Virus record (IMG/VR): IMGVR_UViG_3300032164_000009
Span: 3,004-67,003 of that record
Origin: a virus
Strand: one strand, 5' to 3'
Length of the DNA: 64,000 nucleotides
Shown here: positions 20,346 to 29,484 of the stretch, in pieces
Numbering within the stretch: position 1 is the first letter of the stretch
Layout: every line of letters starts with the position of its first letter
Translations under genes and position numbers: made by a program
Notes under the pieces: model-generated
Databases searched by the model: none
What the model saw: only the letters and a program-made list of their open reading frames with translations
Told to the model about the DNA's origin: nothing

Positions 20346-21940
20346 ATATGGAAGCGAAGTTGCCGCCCTGCTACCGCTGCGGCAAACAGCCGTGCGCGTG
20401 CCGAGATGCGATGAGCCTTTACTGCGGCAAGTGCGAACTGATTCTGCCTTCTCTTGACGCCGACAGCATCGACGCCGTGGTGACGGACCCACCGGCTGGG
20501 ATCGGCTTCATGGGCAAACACTGGGACAGCAACAAGGGCGGGCGAGATGCTTGGATTGACTGGATGGCCGGGATAGCCGCCGAGTGTCTGCGGGTCTGCA
20601 AACCGGGGGCGCATGCGCTGGTGTGGTCGCTTCCGCGCACGAGCCACTGGACCGCTACGGCGTGGGAGAACGCGGGCTGGCAACCGAGGGATCGGATCGT
20701 GCATTGCTTTGGGTCGGGTTTCCCGAAGTCGCTGGACGTATCGAAGGCCATCGACAAGGCGGCGGGGGCGGAGAGGGAAGTGGTGGGTGCGATGGAATAC
20801 AGCGCACCGGACATTCGCGGAAACGCTTCAAATGGTCGCGGTATTTCCAGCCAAGCAAGCAAGCAAGCAGACCGCCTTAACGTCGCCATTACCGCCCCTG
20901 CGACCGACGCCGCGAAGAAATGGGACGGCTGGGGCAGTGCGCTGAAGCCGGCCGTAGAACAGTGGACTAAATTTCAGAAACCATTGACAGCCGTACCCCT
21001 TTCTGCTACGGTAGAAGAGTCAACCATTTTTTTGGAGGCTCTTTTATGGTTACTGTCACCTGCGAAGTTTGCGGAAAGTGTTTTTCAGTCAAGCCAAAAC
21101 GGCTCCGTCGGGGCGTGCGGTTCTGTTCGGTGGATTGCCGCCGTGTGGTGTATTCCAAAGTGCGGAGATCAATTCGGGCTGATGGATACGTTCAATTCAC
21201 CGGAGGAGGCAAGAACGTTTTGGAGCATCGCGTCGTTATGGAAAGGCATTTGGGACGCCGTTTGCGACGGAGCGAGCACGTACACCACCGAAACGGCGAC
21301 AAGGCTGATAACCGCATTGAGAATCTTGAACTCATTTCTATCGGCAGCCATACCAGAATCCATCATCCTGGTCGCGTTCCGTCAAAATGGGTTACGGTTC
21401 AGTGCGATGCCTGCGGAAAACAATTCCCCAAGCGACGGCTTGCCGCCGAACAACACCCACACCATTTCTGCTCTACGGTCTGTTACGCTCGCCGTGCTCA
21501 GTACACTTGTGAGCGCTGCGGAAAGCGTTTCACTTTCTACCGTTCTAAGCCACGGCGTTATTGTTCCCGCCGATGCTATAACGGTGCCGCAGATTGAGGA
21601 TTGGTGGCTGTTGCGCAAGCCGCTCTGCGGAACGGTTGCCGAGAACGTCCAGCGGTACGGGACCGGGGCCTTGAACATCGAGGGGTGCAGGGTCGAACAC
21701 ATTACAGTGAAGGGCGGAAATCTCGCCGACAATTCGCATCTCCGGTCGTCAATCAAAGGACAGATGGGCGTTTTTAAACGTGATGGAACCGAACGCTTTG
21801 GGGCAATGAGTCCTTCCGGCCGCTGGCCCGCGAACCTGATCCTTTCATATCCAGAGGACGAATACGAATTGCGCGACGACGTGACGCCGGAGCAACTACG
21901 GCAACTTGCGGAGTGGATGGATGCGAACGCAAGAGTCTAG
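20342..21940 (+). CDS. N6/N4 DNA methyltransferase, N-terminal part, carrying an in-frame insertion of about 213 codons
   Basis: VVTDPPAG; FGSGFPKS; GWGSALKPAVE...DWWLLRKPL; GALNI.GCRV; GRWPANLIL. Confidence 0.8.
   Translation: MNMEAKLPPCYRCGKQPCACRDAMSLYCGKCELILPSLDADSIDAVVTDPPAGIGFMGKHWDSNKGGRDAWIDWMAGIAAECLRVCKPGAHALVWSLPRTSHWTATAWENAGWQPRDRIVHCFGSGFPKSLDVSKAIDKAAGAEREVVGAMEYSAPDIRGNASNGRGISSQASKQADRLNVAITAPATDAAKKWDGWGSALKPAVEQWTKFQKPLTAVPLSATVEESTIFLEALLWLLSPAKFAESVFQSSQNGSVGACGSVRWIAAVWCIPKCGDQFGLMDTFNSPEEARTFWSIASLWKGIWDAVCDGASTYTTETATRLITALRILNSFLSAAIPESIILVAFRQNGLRFSAMPAENNSPSDGLPPNNTHTISALRSVTLAVLSTLVSAAESVSLSTVLSHGVIVPADAITVPQIEDWWLLRKPLCGTVAENVQRYGTGALNIEGCRVEHITVKGGNLADNSHLRSSIKGQMGVFKRDGTERFGAMSPSGRWPANLILSYPEDEYELRDDVTPEQLRQLAEWMDANARV
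20984..21012 (+). promoter_or_regulatory. Internal promoter for the nested HNH gene
   Basis: TTGACA-17bp-TACGGT with TGn; GGAGG RBS before ATG 21046. Confidence 0.55.
21046..21597 (+). CDS. HNH homing endonuclease nested out of frame in the MTase
   Basis: EHRVVME.HLGR.L...EHVHHRNGDKADNRIENLEL; zinc-finger repeats. Confidence 0.9.
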   Translation: MVTVTCEVCGKCFSVKPKRLRRGVRFCSVDCRRVVYSKVRRSIRADGYVQFTGGGKNVLEHRVVMERHLGRRLRRSEHVHHRNGDKADNRIENLELISIGSHTRIHHPGRVPSKWVTVQCDACGKQFPKRRLAAEQHPHHFCSTVCYARRAQYTCERCGKRFTFYRSKPRRYCSRRCYNGAAD

Positions 21941-22520
21941 ACAAAAAACGTCAGCGGCACTGAGGGCATGGTGCCTTGCCAACCCCGACAAGGTGCGGGC
22001 GCGTGGCGCAAAGAACAGCGGTCCGAACAATTACCGCTGGAAGGGAGGATCGTCGCGACTGAATTTCGCTGTGCGGAGATTGACGGAACATCGTAAGTGG
22101 ATGGACGCTGTTGTTCGGCGGGACGGGACCTGTGTTCGCTGTGGAGCAACAACAGACCTAGAGGCACACCACAAGACGCCGTTGGCAAAGTTGATTGCGT
22201 TGCACGGAATAACGACCCGCGAGCAAGCCCGAAATTGTGCTCCGCTCTGGGACTTGAACAACGGGGAAACCCTTTGCGAGCGGTGCCACTGTGAGCATCA
22301 CGGCAGGAAGTATACGCCAACCGGGAAAGGGCGGCGCAAAAAGCCTTGCAAGGTTCGCAGGTCAATGGCTGGGTCGGCAAACCCAAAGTGGAAAGGAGGT
22401 CTTGTCGAGATGCGTTGCCCGGTATGCGACGGGGCGTTTTACGTCAAGCCGGTGGAAGTTACCAAGAAAAAGTGCTGTAGCAGGAGGTGCCTCGGTGAGA
22501 GTCAGCGAAAGCGTGTTTAA
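21921..22520 (+). CDS. Second HNH endonuclease, splitting the MTase gene
   Basis: WKGG; RDGTCVRCG..LEAHH...NGETLCERCH. Confidence 0.85.
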   Translation: MRTQESRQKTSAALRAWCLANPDKVRARGAKNSGPNNYRWKGGSSRLNFAVRRLTEHRKWMDAVVRRDGTCVRCGATTDLEAHHKTPLAKLIALHGITTREQARNCAPLWDLNNGETLCERCHCEHHGRKYTPTGKGRRKKPCKVRRSMAGSANPKWKGGLVEMRCPVCDGAFYVKPVEVTKKKCCSRRCLGESQRKRV

Positions 22521-22980
22521 GAAAATGCCCGCCGGGTTGCAGGCCATGTTTTGCAAGCTACCGAATCCCGGCAGCGAGGAAGTGCTGGGGATGTTCCCGG
22601 AGACAGAGACGAACCCGGGACAATATCGGAATGACGGGACTGCCGGCTGTTTTGGCTCCACACGCACGGCGGGAACTCGCGTAAGTGACGGCGACACCGG
22701 CTCGGCCGCGCGCTTTTTCTACTGCGCCAAGGCCGGCCGGGCCGAGCGCGGCGAGGGCAACCATCATCCTACGGTCAAACCGCTGGCCTTGATGGAGTAC
22801 CTTTGCCGCCTACTCTCTCAGCCGGGACACAAGGGCGTATTGCTGGACCCGTTCGCCGGCAGTGGGAGCACCCTGCTCTGCGCGTCCAAGTGGTTTGAGC
22901 GGGCCATCGGAATCGAACAAGACGAGGCGTCGTGCGTCATCGCCGCTTCCCGCCTGCGCCAGGAGGTGCTGCCGATATGA
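22495..22980 (+). CDS. DNA methyltransferase C-terminal part (SAM-binding), separately initiated
   Basis: GSAARFFYCAKA; HPTVKPLALMEYLCRL; LDPFAGSGST; AGGAGG RBS before GTG 22495. Confidence 0.8.
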   Translation: MRVSESVFKKMPAGLQAMFCKLPNPGSEEVLGMFPETETNPGQYRNDGTAGCFGSTRTAGTRVSDGDTGSAARFFYCAKAGRAERGEGNHHPTVKPLALMEYLCRLLSQPGHKGVLLDPFAGSGSTLLCASKWFERAIGIEQDEASCVIAASRLRQEVLPI

Positions 22981-23090
22981 CCCTTCGCAACAACGAGCCG
23001 ATCAAGGACCACGCCGCATCCCTGCCCACCTGCCACCGCTGCGGCAAGCAGCCGTGCGAGTGCCGAGACCACGGCATCGAGGAGGACTGA
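22977..23090 (+). CDS. Stand-alone 37 aa CxxC-CxC leader module
   Basis: MTLRNNEP...CHRCGKQPCECRD; coupled on both sides. Confidence 0.45.
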   Translation: MTLRNNEPIKDHAASLPTCHRCGKQPCECRDHGIEED

Positions 23091-23797
23091 TGGCAGCCAC
23101 ACGCGAGCGACCAATTCTTTTCAGCGGACCAATGGTCCGCGCGATCCTCGACAACCGCAAGACGCAGACGAGGCGGGTGGTGAAGCCGCCAAAGGACCAT
23201 TGCGACGATGGCCGACCCATGCTTTACGATCTGAGCCGAGCTTTTGCAGACAACGGCTATCTCCACGTCCCGTTTGCTCACCCCGGCGACGGATGGCAGA
23301 AGCAACCGATAGACGACACGCGGATTCGGCACTACGCGCCGTGGGACGAAGGTGATTTGCTCTGGGTGCGAGAGACGTGGGCCACCAGCGAAGACATCGA
23401 CGGCCGCCCCGTGATGGTTTACAGAGCCGGTGGGACGCGGCTCATAGGCCCAGACGGAGAATCGGTGCATCACGGCGAGCACCGTTGCACGGCCCTGGTT
23501 ACGACGTGGCGGCCCTCGATCTACATGCCGCGTTGGGCCTCGCGTCTGACGTTGGAGATCACCGCCGTGCGCGTCGAGCGGCTAAAAGAGATCAGCGAAG
23601 CGGACGCGATCGCAGAAGGAATCGTGGTCTCGGACAAATACGCATACTCACCGTCGGGCGTTGCGCGTTTCCGCGACTACGACGGCGCTCGCGTATCCTT
23701 CGCCGAATTGTGGAACGCCATCTATGCAAAGGCTGACCGGGGCTGGGACGCGAATCCATGGGTCTGGGTCTTGGCGTTTCGGAGAATCAAGCCATGA
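23090..23797 (+). CDS. ASCH/PUA-like phage protein
   Basis: ERPILFSGPMVRAIL..RKTQTRR; LWVRETW; WRPSIYMPRWASRLTLEI; WDANPWVWV. Confidence 0.85.
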   Translation: MAATRERPILFSGPMVRAILDNRKTQTRRVVKPPKDHCDDGRPMLYDLSRAFADNGYLHVPFAHPGDGWQKQPIDDTRIRHYAPWDEGDLLWVRETWATSEDIDGRPVMVYRAGGTRLIGPDGESVHHGEHRCTALVTTWRPSIYMPRWASRLTLEITAVRVERLKEISEADAIAEGIVVSDKYAYSPSGVARFRDYDGARVSFAELWNAIYAKADRGWDANPWVWVLAFRRIKP

Positions 23798-24540
23798 CCC
23801 TCCGCAACAACGAGCCGACCTGCTACCGTTGCGGCAAGCAGCCGTGCGAGTGCCGCGATGGTATCTGCTTGATTCACGCCGACTGCCGTTCAATCCTCCC
23901 GCTGCTGGAGCCGGGGAGCGTCGATTGCGTGGTGACGGACCCGCCGTATGGGATCTCGTATGAGAGCGGAATGACCGGGCACCATGGCGGGACCGCATTG
24001 CCGGGCATCGTTGGGGATGACGACACCACGCTACGAGATTTCGTTTTAGCGTGGTGCCGCTCGCTCCCTGCAATAGTGTTTGGGACGTGGCGGGTAGCGC
24101 GCCCCGCTGGCTGCAAGGTTCTCTTGACGTGGGAAAAGGGCGACCATGTAGGCATGGGTGATCTTGCTATGCCGTGGAAGCCGAACACCGAAGAGATTTA
24201 CGTTATCGGTTCTGGATTCGCTGGCCATCGAGGAAGTTCCGTACTGCGCATAAATGCGCCGGTGACGTGGAACTCCACTGGGTTTGGCAGAAAGCACCCC
24301 CATGAAAAGCCTGTCGAATTGATGGCGGACTTGATCGCCAAGTGCCCTCCGGGAACCATCCTCGACCCCTTCGCGGGATCGGGCACGACGCTCCGCGCCG
24401 CGAAGGACTTGGGACGCCGCGCCATCGGGATCGAGATCGAAGAGCGTTACTGTGCCATTGCCGCTCGTCGCCTGGAGCAAGAATGCCTACCGTTCGGCCC
24501 ACCGGACGCACCGACCGAGACGCAGAGGACGATGCTATGA
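23794..24540 (+). CDS. N6/N4 DNA methyltransferase
   Basis: VTDPPYG; HPHEKP; LDPFAGSGTT. Confidence 0.9.
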   Translation: MTLRNNEPTCYRCGKQPCECRDGICLIHADCRSILPLLEPGSVDCVVTDPPYGISYESGMTGHHGGTALPGIVGDDDTTLRDFVLAWCRSLPAIVFGTWRVARPAGCKVLLTWEKGDHVGMGDLAMPWKPNTEEIYVIGSGFAGHRGSSVLRINAPVTWNSTGFGRKHPHEKPVELMADLIAKCPPGTILDPFAGSGTTLRAAKDLGRRAIGIEIEERYCAIAARRLEQECLPFGPPDAPTETQRTML

Positions 24541-26147
24541 CCCTCCGCAACAACGAGCCGACCTGCTACCGTTGCGGCAAGCAGCCCTGCGTGTGCCGAG
24601 ACCGCGGCACGCTCTACCACGGCGATGCGCTCCAAGTGCTGCGAGGGCTGCCGGCGGGGATTATCCAGTGCTGCGTTACGTCACCGCCCTACTTCGCGCT
24701 ACGCTCTTACCTGGCCAAAGACGATCCCCTGAAGCCGCTTGAGATCGGGTCGGAGCCGACGGTCGAGGCGTTTATTCAGGTGATGGTGGAGGTGTTTCGA
24801 GAAGTCAAGCGGGTGCTACGCGATGATGGGACCTTGTTCTTGAATCTCGGCGACAGTTACGATGCGGGAACATCGAGTAAACGGAAGCCGGGGTACGGCA
24901 AGCACGGCTACTGGAACAATGAGAACATCGACCAGCGCGTCACCGCCGGCCTTCCCCCCGGCAACCTCTTGAACATCCCCCACCGCGTCGCCGAGGCCCT
25001 CCGCGCCGACGGCTGGGTCTGGCGGCAGACGATAATTTTCGCCAAGAAATCACCGATGCCAGAAAGCGTGAGCGGGTGGAGGTGGGTGCGGTGTAGGGTG
25101 AAGGTGAATAATGGCGGTGGGGATTTGACTCCAAAGGAAACCGAATTACAGGCTATTGGACTGCATGGAATTGGGAGTGGGCTACATCAACCCGGCTGGC
25201 GAGAGGGCGCATCGTCGAAAAGTGTATTTATCCCCTGCCCCGGCTGCCCGAAGTGCGAGCCCTACAGTGGCTACGTGCTGAGGCGGGGCGCGGGGCGATG
25301 CACGACGGCGCATGAATATGTCTTCGTGTTCGCCAAGTCGGGGAAATATTTTTGGGATGGGGAGGCCAGTAAGGAGAAGGCGCGGTACGGTCGCATGGAG
25401 TGGAAAGGCAATAAATACCAGTGTGTGCGGGAGGCTGATCCGAGGGATAAACGCGGCATTGTAGGTCAGCGTAGCACTGGGACAAAGCACGACCCATCTG
25501 CCGGTCGCAACCCTCGCAATTTTTGGCTTTTGAGTAGCGAGCCAACTTCCGTCCGCCATTTCGCAACCTTCCCGTCCGAGTTGGTCCGTCGCTGTCTCGT
25601 TGCCGGCTGCTCTGCGAGCGGCTGCTGCCCGACGTGCAGGGCGCCGTGGGCCCCGGTGGTGGAGAGCGTCGATACGGGATTGACGCAAAAGATGGCCGAC
25701 GGCTGGGATACCGGCGACGGTGGCCATGGGACCATCCATCGCGCTGGCCGAGAGAAAGGCAAGGCTGGCCTGCCTATCATGGCCACCAAGACGCTCGGCT
25801 ACCGCCCGACCTGCTGCTGCTACACTTGGCATGATGGCACGATCCTCGATCCGAAGACGCTCCAGCCGGCGGGCACCCAGCCGGTGCTGGTCCGCGGCGA
25901 ATACGGCGAGCCGGCCCAGCAACTCGTCCTTGACCCCTTCTGCGGCATCGGTACCACCGGCCAGACGGCCCTTCATCTGGGACACGCCTTCATCGGGATT
26001 GATCTGAACAGCCGCTACCTGGACGTGGCAGCTACGCGCATCGCCGAGACGCCACGCTGGCGACTGCGGCAACTGATACGCGAAGGAAAAAAGGCGAGTG
26101 CGATTCCCGCCGCGAACCGCCTGCGCCAGGGGGTGCTGCCGATATGA
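24537..26147 (+). CDS. N4/N6 DNA methyltransferase with Cys-rich inserts
   Basis: CVTSPPYF; NLGDSY; PMPESV; HFATFP; VLDPFCGIGTT. Confidence 0.9.
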   Translation: MTLRNNEPTCYRCGKQPCVCRDRGTLYHGDALQVLRGLPAGIIQCCVTSPPYFALRSYLAKDDPLKPLEIGSEPTVEAFIQVMVEVFREVKRVLRDDGTLFLNLGDSYDAGTSSKRKPGYGKHGYWNNENIDQRVTAGLPPGNLLNIPHRVAEALRADGWVWRQTIIFAKKSPMPESVSGWRWVRCRVKVNNGGGDLTPKETELQAIGLHGIGSGLHQPGWREGASSKSVFIPCPGCPKCEPYSGYVLRRGAGRCTTAHEYVFVFAKSGKYFWDGEASKEKARYGRMEWKGNKYQCVREADPRDKRGIVGQRSTGTKHDPSAGRNPRNFWLLSSEPTSVRHFATFPSELVRRCLVAGCSASGCCPTCRAPWAPVVESVDTGLTQKMADGWDTGDGGHGTIHRAGREKGKAGLPIMATKTLGYRPTCCCYTWHDGTILDPKTLQPAGTQPVLVRGEYGEPAQQLVLDPFCGIGTTGQTALHLGHAFIGIDLNSRYLDVAATRIAETPRWRLRQLIREGKKASAIPAANRLRQGVLPI

Positions 26148-26392
26148 CCGTCACAGGCAACGCCCCGCCCCCGTACCATTTGCAAGGCTTGCGCCACTGC
26201 TTGGAGCGCATCCGCGCGGCGGCCGATGCGGGAAGGGTGATCTGCTGGGAGCGCGGCTGGCGTTGGACGGGCCTCGTTTTGGCGGTGATCGGGTGGGCGG
26301 CGGAAAGGTGCGAGAGACAATGGAAACTTTCAGAACCAATCGAACACGAGGAGGAAGATCATGGGCATGAAGATTCCGAAACAACAGCGTGA
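26144..26392 (+). CDS. Hypothetical protein
   Basis: ATGA coupling to the MTase. Confidence 0.35.
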   Translation: MTVTGNAPPPYHLQGLRHCLERIRAAADAGRVICWERGWRWTGLVLAVIGWAAERCERQWKLSEPIEHEEEDHGHEDSETTA

Positions 26393-26570
26393 GACGCGGC
26401 AAGTGGAAATGGTCGAGACCTACAACCTGGCACGTAGCCTGAGTCGGGTTGGTGGAGGGTGGGGCGAGCGGCCTCGGATGAAACGCGCATTATACCACGC
26501 ACTCGCGATGACCGGGGCGCTCACTGAAACCGAACTTAAGGGCGTGCGCGAAGTAATGGGGCTGGCGTGA
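26361..26570 (+). CDS. Hypothetical protein
   Basis: GAGGAGG RBS. Confidence 0.45.
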   Translation: MGMKIPKQQRETRQVEMVETYNLARSLSRVGGGWGERPRMKRALYHALAMTGALTETELKGVREVMGLA

Positions 26571-26645
26571 CCGGTGCCCTCGTCCTAGCGGTGATCGGGT
26601 GGGCGGCGAGAACAGCCGCCAATAACGACGGCAAGGAGTGAACCG

Positions 26646-27077
26646 ATGGGCAGGCCGGCGCTAAGCGCTGAAGAGCAGAAGATCATCAGGGCGTTCCTCG
26701 CACAGGGAATCTCGATCGACGAAATCTGCGATGAGCGATACCACCTCTGGTCTACGGTGTCGGATGTGAAGGAGGGGCGGTGCCCCATAGCAGCCCAGCC
26801 GGTCGAATGGCAGCCTCCCAGCCGCCAGCCCGACCCCGCCGGGCCTGAAATCACGGTGGAGCAGCAGGTAGCCGTTGACCAGGCGGCCCGGGAGATTCGC
26901 CCCGCTCCCGGCCGCCGGACCGGCTGCTTCAACCGACTCCGGCAAATCGCAGACCTGGCCAAGACAGACCTCGCGACCGTCTGCCGGCTGCTCGGCCACC
27001 ATTTGCCCGGCCCGATTCCCATCATCGGCAAGGACGGCGACCGGCACTTGTTCTATGCCGACGGGGCGACAATATGA
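26646..27077 (+). CDS. HTH-like hypothetical protein
   Basis: MGRPALSAEEQ..IRAFL.QG.SIDEI; AAGGAG RBS. Confidence 0.5.
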   Translation: MGRPALSAEEQKIIRAFLAQGISIDEICDERYHLWSTVSDVKEGRCPIAAQPVEWQPPSRQPDPAGPEITVEQQVAVDQAAREIRPAPGRRTGCFNRLRQIADLAKTDLATVCRLLGHHLPGPIPIIGKDGDRHLFYADGATI

Positions 27078-27949
27078 CCTCTGCATCCCTACCGAACTGC
27101 TTTCGTTGCGGCAAGCAGCCGTGCGAGTGCCGACAACAAATACTCCCCGGCGTTGACCTTTCGCTCGATGCCTACGTAGCCGACGCGGTGAAGCTGTTGC
27201 GGCAGATGCAGCCGATCGACCAGCCTTACTACGGCTGTTTCAGCGGCGGGAAGGATTCGTGCGTCATCAAGGAGTTGGGCCGGCTGGCCGAAGTCAACGT
27301 GACCTGGCATTACAACGTGACGACCATCGACCCGCCGGAGTTGGTGCGGTTCATACGGAAGGAACATGCAGACGTAGTTTGGCACCGCCCCGAATGCAAC
27401 TTCTTTACCTATGCGATCCGGTACAAAAAAGGATTCCCTACACGCAGAATGCGGTGGTGTTGTGAAAAGTTTAAGGAACAACGGTCGCCAAAAGGGTCGC
27501 GACTAATTCTCGGCGTTCGTGCTGAAGAGTCGCCGAGACGCGCGGCCAACTGGAGGGAAGTGACGTGGCACCACCAGACTGGCGAGTACGCGGTGTGCCC
27601 CATCGTCAAATGGACCAAAGAGCACGTCTGGGCCTTTATTGGCGGAGTTGGCTTACCCTACTGTTCACTCTATGACGAAGGTTTCGACCGACTCGGTTGT
27701 ATTGGCTGCCCGATAGCGAGAACGGCCAACAGACTCAAGGAGTTTGTCCGCTGGCCCGGATATGAGCGAAAGTGGAAGCAACTGTTTCGAGATACGTGGG
27801 ACATGAGGACGGGAAAACCACAACGAAACGGCAAGCAGTGGTTTGGGGATCGGTTTTTTGCCAACTGGGAAGCAATGTGGGAGTGGTGGCTCTCCGACGA
27901 GCCGCTTCCCACCGACAAGTGCCAGGGACTCGTGGAGTTATTTTCGTGA
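27074..27949 (+). CDS. Phosphoadenosine-phosphosulfate (PAPS) reductase family protein
   Basis: FSGGKDS PP-loop; RWCCEKFKE; GVRAEES.RR; RLGCIGCP. Confidence 0.9.
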   Translation: MTSASLPNCFRCGKQPCECRQQILPGVDLSLDAYVADAVKLLRQMQPIDQPYYGCFSGGKDSCVIKELGRLAEVNVTWHYNVTTIDPPELVRFIRKEHADVVWHRPECNFFTYAIRYKKGFPTRRMRWCCEKFKEQRSPKGSRLILGVRAEESPRRAANWREVTWHHQTGEYAVCPIVKWTKEHVWAFIGGVGLPYCSLYDEGFDRLGCIGCPIARTANRLKEFVRWPGYERKWKQLFRDTWDMRTGKPQRNGKQWFGDRFFANWEAMWEWWLSDEPLPTDKCQGLVELFS

Positions 27950-28132
27950 TCGCCGCCGCCCGCCTGCGCCAGGGGGTGCTGCCGATATAGGGCAGAACTT
28001 ACCCTAAACCCCGCAGATTGCCGGCTACGATTTCGCTATTGACAATCCGGCAGCCGAGGTCAAAACTGCGGGAGAAGGCCCTGGCAAGGTACTGAATTAC
28101 TTGACTCACCGTAAACCTGAAAGGAACGAGTT

Positions 28133-28381
28133 ATGCACTACCGAAATGGACGTCCCGCAGCCAACGGGGACAAGGTCGTCCAGCTCAGCACCGAGGGCGG
28201 CAAGATCGTGAGCGTCGGCATCTTGCACGACGCCGTTGCCGGCAATGACTACTGCAACGGCAGCATCGCGCCGATCAGTACGACCCTCGCCGGAGCGTGC
28301 ATCTGCGATTGCCTCCACATGGACGATGTGGCGGCCATGCTCAAGGAAAAAGGGTTTGATAGGCGACCGACTGGCAAATAG
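28133..28381 (+). CDS. Conserved hypothetical protein
   Basis: MHYRNGR.A.NGDKVV...GNDYCNG motif; AAAGGA RBS. Confidence 0.6.
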   Translation: MHYRNGRPAANGDKVVQLSTEGGKIVSVGILHDAVAGNDYCNGSIAPISTTLAGACICDCLHMDDVAAMLKEKGFDRRPTGK

Positions 28382-28456
28382 CCCCCACGCTGGTGAGCCA
28401 AGTAAGTTAGTGCCCCCCGGAAAGGGCGTAACCCGAACCTGAACAAGGAGATTCCA

Positions 28457-28732
28457 ATGGACAAGGCAGAAATCCGCAATCGTTTGGATGCAGTGGCCGC
28501 CCAAGCTGCGGCGGCCGGATTCACGATCGACTGGGCGAAGTTCATCCAGGCGATCATGCTCCTCATCGAGGCGTTCAAGCCGACACCGACGCCCGGCCCG
28601 GTTGTGGTCGCGTCGGCCGAATACGCCGCGGAGGTCCTCTTCGCGCAGGTCGATGCCGGCAAAATAAATTGGGCAAAGCTCTTCGAGTTCATCGAGAAGA
28701 TTCTGCCTTTGATTCTCCCGATCTTCATCTGA
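28457..28732 (+). CDS. Small amphipathic/membrane protein
   Basis: Duplicated IDWAKF/INWAKL helices; AAGGAG RBS. Confidence 0.55.
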   Translation: MDKAEIRNRLDAVAAQAAAAGFTIDWAKFIQAIMLLIEAFKPTPTPGPVVVASAEYAAEVLFAQVDAGKINWAKLFEFIEKILPLILPIFI

Positions 28733-28779
28733 GCCGCGGCACCCTCCCCTTTCCACAACGAAATTCTCGGAGGCTCGCC

Positions 28780-29484
28780 ATGAAGCGACTCATCGCCGCC
28801 GCTCTCCTGTTGGGTGGTAGCCTCGGCCTGGCCCTGGGCCTCGTAGGACCATCACGCGAGGCCCAGGCTGCCAAGCCGCCGGTGTTGGTGCCCGATCCGA
28901 AGCAGGCCCCTGCCCTGCCCCTCACTGTGGTCACGGCCCCCAACCTCAAGATCGCTATCGAGGGGAAGAAGCTCGCCCTCACTCCGCAGTTTGCTACTGC
29001 GACCCCTCACCGCTGGCGTGCCCCGGTTGTCGTTGTCGATGGTAAGGCGCTGGCCACCCTCGACTACTTGGCGGCAGGTGAGATCGAATCGGCGACCTAC
29101 ACGATCACCATCAGCGGAGGCGTCGAGCCCATCCCTCCGCCCCCGCCGCCTCCGCCTCCGCCTCCGCCGCCTCCGCCCGAAAACCTCTGGGGCGTGGTGA
29201 TCTACGAGAGTAGCCAGCAGACGCCGCAACAGGCGATCATCATGCTGAGCGGGAAGGTCCGGGGTCTTTTCCCCAATGAGCAATTTCGTTGCATCGACCA
29301 ATCGCCCGAGACCAAGCCCGCCCCGGATTGGAAGCCCTACGTCGATGCTGCCAAAGGAAAACCGTTGCCTTACCTGTTCATCGTTGACCAGGCGGGCACG
29401 ACTTACCACGAGGCACCATTGCCGGCGACGGTTGACGCGACTGTGGCGGTCATCAAACAGTTTGTGAAAGGCGGTGGACGATGA
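28780..29484 (+). CDS. Secreted Pro-linker protein, possible partner of the peptidase
   Basis: Signal peptide; poly-Pro tract; C-terminal domain with V.IYES...LPYL. Confidence 0.65.
   Translation: MKRLIAAALLLGGSLGLALGLVGPSREAQAAKPPVLVPDPKQAPALPLTVVTAPNLKIAIEGKKLALTPQFATATPHRWRAPVVVVDGKALATLDYLAAGEIESATYTITISGGVEPIPPPPPPPPPPPPPPPENLWGVVIYESSQQTPQQAIIMLSGKVRGLFPNEQFRCIDQSPETKPAPDWKPYVDAAKGKPLPYLFIVDQAGTTYHEAPLPATVDATVAVIKQFVKGGGR

Noticed and set aside
20960-21598. Intein or group I intron explanation for the first HNH insertion
   Set aside because: No Cys/Ser start or His-Asn end in frame, the HNH is in a different frame, and there is little non-coding room for a ribozyme core; not formally excluded
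26273-26609. About 30-bp duplication (CTCGT....GCGGTGATCGGGTGGGCGGCG) near 26273 and 26579
   Set aside because: Real, but looks like a local duplication remnant with no evident function
27074-27949. Phosphorothioation (Dnd) system
   Set aside because: Only a PAPS-reductase-family gene is present; no DndA/B/D/E-like partners were recognised
28039-28067. Late promoter TTGACA-17bp-AAAACT
   Set aside because: Good -35 but poor -10; not enough support to list
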